The notes under the pieces are model-generated. The model saw nothing but the letters and a program-made list of their open reading frames with translations. It was not told the origin of the DNA and made no database searches. Positions 61,601 through 64,000 of a DNA stretch of 64,000 nucleotides are shown here, piece by piece. A program made the translations under genes and the position numbers. Origin of the DNA: Geosiphon pyriformis uo1 (taxonomy: Eukaryota > Fungi > Glomeromycota); NCBI GenBank assembly GCA_016748015.1, contig JAAOMT010000591.1, positions 72,160 through 136,159 on the forward strand. The letters run 5' to 3'. Numbering within the stretch: position 1 is the first letter of the stretch; each line of letters begins with the position of its first letter.

Positions 61601-64000
61601 CAAATTGCCCAAAATGCTAATCTGTTAGATATATTTCCATTTGAATTTGAAGCAAATAAATCACCATTTCTGTTTAGTAATGCAGCAGTCAATGAACAGA
61701 AAGCAATTACTGCTATGTACACAGAAGCTACAGTGGAAGGAAAACCCATTTGCTTAATCTTAGATAGTGGATTAGCTGGAAGTATCATCACTTACCAGCT
61801 AATGCAACAACTCAAACGAAACATAGACAGACCAGCTCAAACAGTTATTGTCACAGCTGATGGTATGAAGAAGACTCCAATAGGAGAAATTGATGATTTC
61901 TCTTTTTCAATTGATGGAATTACCATTCCAGTTAAAGTTCTTGTTATGGATGCACCCCAATACCAAGCTTTAGTCAGAAATGATTGGCTTTTTAAGGCCA
62001 ATGCAAACCTGAACTGGGAAACTCAAGAACTTAAAATCTCATACCAAGGACAATATACCATAGTACCTGCAACCTGTAGTACCTTTAACAAATGAGCAGA
62101 AAAAGCTCCAATATTTGAATTTGAAGAGGAGAAAGAAATGCCACTTACTGAAACCTACATGGCTCTTGGATCAACATCCAATTGGGCTAAAAAAACCGAA
62201 TAAAAGATTTTTAAAGAATCAAGAGGATGGAAGAAAGTTAGATATTCTACACCAGAATCACGGAAACAACCACCCTATATTCCACTCAAATGCAAAGATT
62301 GCAACAAAAAACTTTCATCAATGAGAGCATGTATTTCTCCAGAAGAGGAATATAAAACTCGTACCTGTTACTTTTGCAAAGCATGCCATAGAGAACGATT
62401 TGGATCTCCAAAAAGAAGTGGAAAATAGAACAACACACCTTGCCTTACATGTGGAGAAATGCTACCAGAAGAATACAATTGGATTGATGTAGCAATGAGA
62501 GGAGGAGTATGTGATCAAACCTGTCAATATGCTCTATCAATTTCGGAAAAAGTCAGAAGAGAAACACCATTTGATGCAGCATACAACAGTGCTTTCAATA
62601 AACTTTACCACTACCCTCATAATGCTGAAATGATTTTTGACTTAGCAATGGCATTGATCAATGGAGCCACCCAAGAAGATGTCCACCAAATAAAAGAAGT
62701 TGAATATATTGAGTATACTATAAAATTAGCTGGATTTGATTATGAAGATGAAGTAGAAACCTACCACCAAATTGCAAGTCATACATATCCGACCAAAGAA
62801 GCTCAAATTCAATGATTAAAGCAAATGAACATTCAATTGTGTGAAGAATGTGTTATGCCTTGTGATAACCAATAGTGTTTAGAATGTTATGCTCTTAGCA
62901 TTCCTTTGCCAGATGAGAATAATGAAAATGAAATCGAATTTGGAGTATCTGAACTAGTAGAAGAACTACCAACCATTCCCATCTATCTTCTTAAAAAGCA
63001 ACTACCTCTACAACTTAAATATTTTGACAACCATAGCCAAGGAATCAGACCAGAAAAAGCACACAAAATTGATGCTAAATATGACCTAAGATACTCAGGA
63101 AAAGATACTTTGATTCTCCAACCAAAGTTTTTGACAAAAATCAATCTTAAAATTGCTCTTGAAATTCCAGCAGGAGCAATGATTCAAATTGCCTCCAGAT
63201 CATCATTGGCAAGCAAAGGAATCAATATTAGAAGAGGAGTTATAGATGCAGGATACACTGGAGACATTACCATCATGTTACAGAATGAGACAGACAAACT
63301 ATTCAAAATTGAACATGCTGAAAAAATTGCTCAAGCAATTTACTTATCCTTAATCAACATTTCAGGTTTACAATCAGTAAACAACAGAGAACAATTGGGA
63401 AAAAGTGAAAGAGGAACTCAAGATTTTGGTTCAACTGGACGATTTATAATCCCAGTAAACATAGTTTTTAATATACAAAATGAATCTCACCAGATTCTTC
63501 AACTTCCTCAGCCAATTACCATTTTACCTTTTGGAGAACATTACGAAATTTACACTTGCTCAAAACCACCACTACACAACAAATCTTTGAATCCAATGAA
63601 CAAATCTGTTTAAAGCATGAAATATCAATTCTAAATATTTATATTCCCAAAGGAATGAAAAAATTTCGAGTTACATTCTACAACCCCAATAATTACTCTA
63701 TTGTTTTATTAAACAAATTAGAAATTGGAATCATACACAGCAATATCTTTCAAGATGAAAACCCTCAAATTGTCTCTAATTTCATCGAAATTGTAAAGCA
63801 CATTCTACTCCCAAATCCAAATATTATTTCTACTACTGAAAACTACCACTTGTTGGAAGAAAAACTCTCTCAAATCAATATGGGTCTCTTAGAACCTCAA
63901 CAACAAAGACAATTGAAACAATTGATAGCTGAATTTGCAGATATATTTGCAAAAGACAACAATGACTTGGGAAAAACAGACATTGTTCAACATCAGATCC
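58640..64000 (+). mobile_element. Element G: Ty3/Gypsy (family 3, dUTPase+), truncated by the window end
   Basis: 5' LTR tgttactag...ggtaaca 58640-59620 with ~21-bp tandem units (AAATTCGCCGAAATTTACAG, 58844-58980); PBS TGGTGCTCTC at 59623. Confidence 0.9.
59666..64000 (+). pseudogene. Element G polyprotein: N-terminal domain, Gag, CCHC, PR, Cys-rich domain, dUTPase, start of RT
   Basis: ORFs 59666, 60740, 61364, 62459 and 62906 share one frame; SPQEWLDKV, CHYCGIPGHWK*DC, LILDSG, ASRSSL...VIDAGYTGDI...FGSTG. Confidence 0.9.

Overview
AT-rich, intron-containing eukaryotic DNA, most likely from a Glomeromycotina/Mucoromycota-type fungus (inferred from gene structure, composition and TE style). 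Three spliced host genes lie on the minus strand: a BMT6-like 25S rRNA m3U methyltransferase (480-1540), a long coiled-coil protein of unknown function (1633-6200) and the octanoyltransferase LIP2/LipB (55947-57123). Between the second and third genes is a 48.8-kb nested transposon block that can be taken apart by TIRs, TSDs and reading-frame rejoining. The outer shell is a ~2.9-kb Ginger2/KRBA2-like DNA transposon (6315-55162). It holds a non-autonomous LTR element F and a pogo/Tigger element (12034-54846). The pogo element holds a DUF6589/Academ-like transposase relic and the Ty3/Gypsy elements A, D and solo LTR E, and A itself holds B and C. A further Ty3/Gypsy element, G, starts at 58640 inside a probable LINE remnant and runs off the window. 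All TE ORFs are decayed by dense C>T/G>A transitions. The most interesting signal is the architecture of these Ty3/Gypsy elements: a Gag-PR-(multi-Zn-finger domain)-dUTPase-RT-RH polyprotein, an apparently separate integrase ORF, and a conserved ~200-aa accessory ORF3. ORF3 has its own TATA box, sits before the PPT, and its sequence type varies together with the repeat array in the LTR U3 region. Domain calls come from motif recognition by eye; no searches were run.
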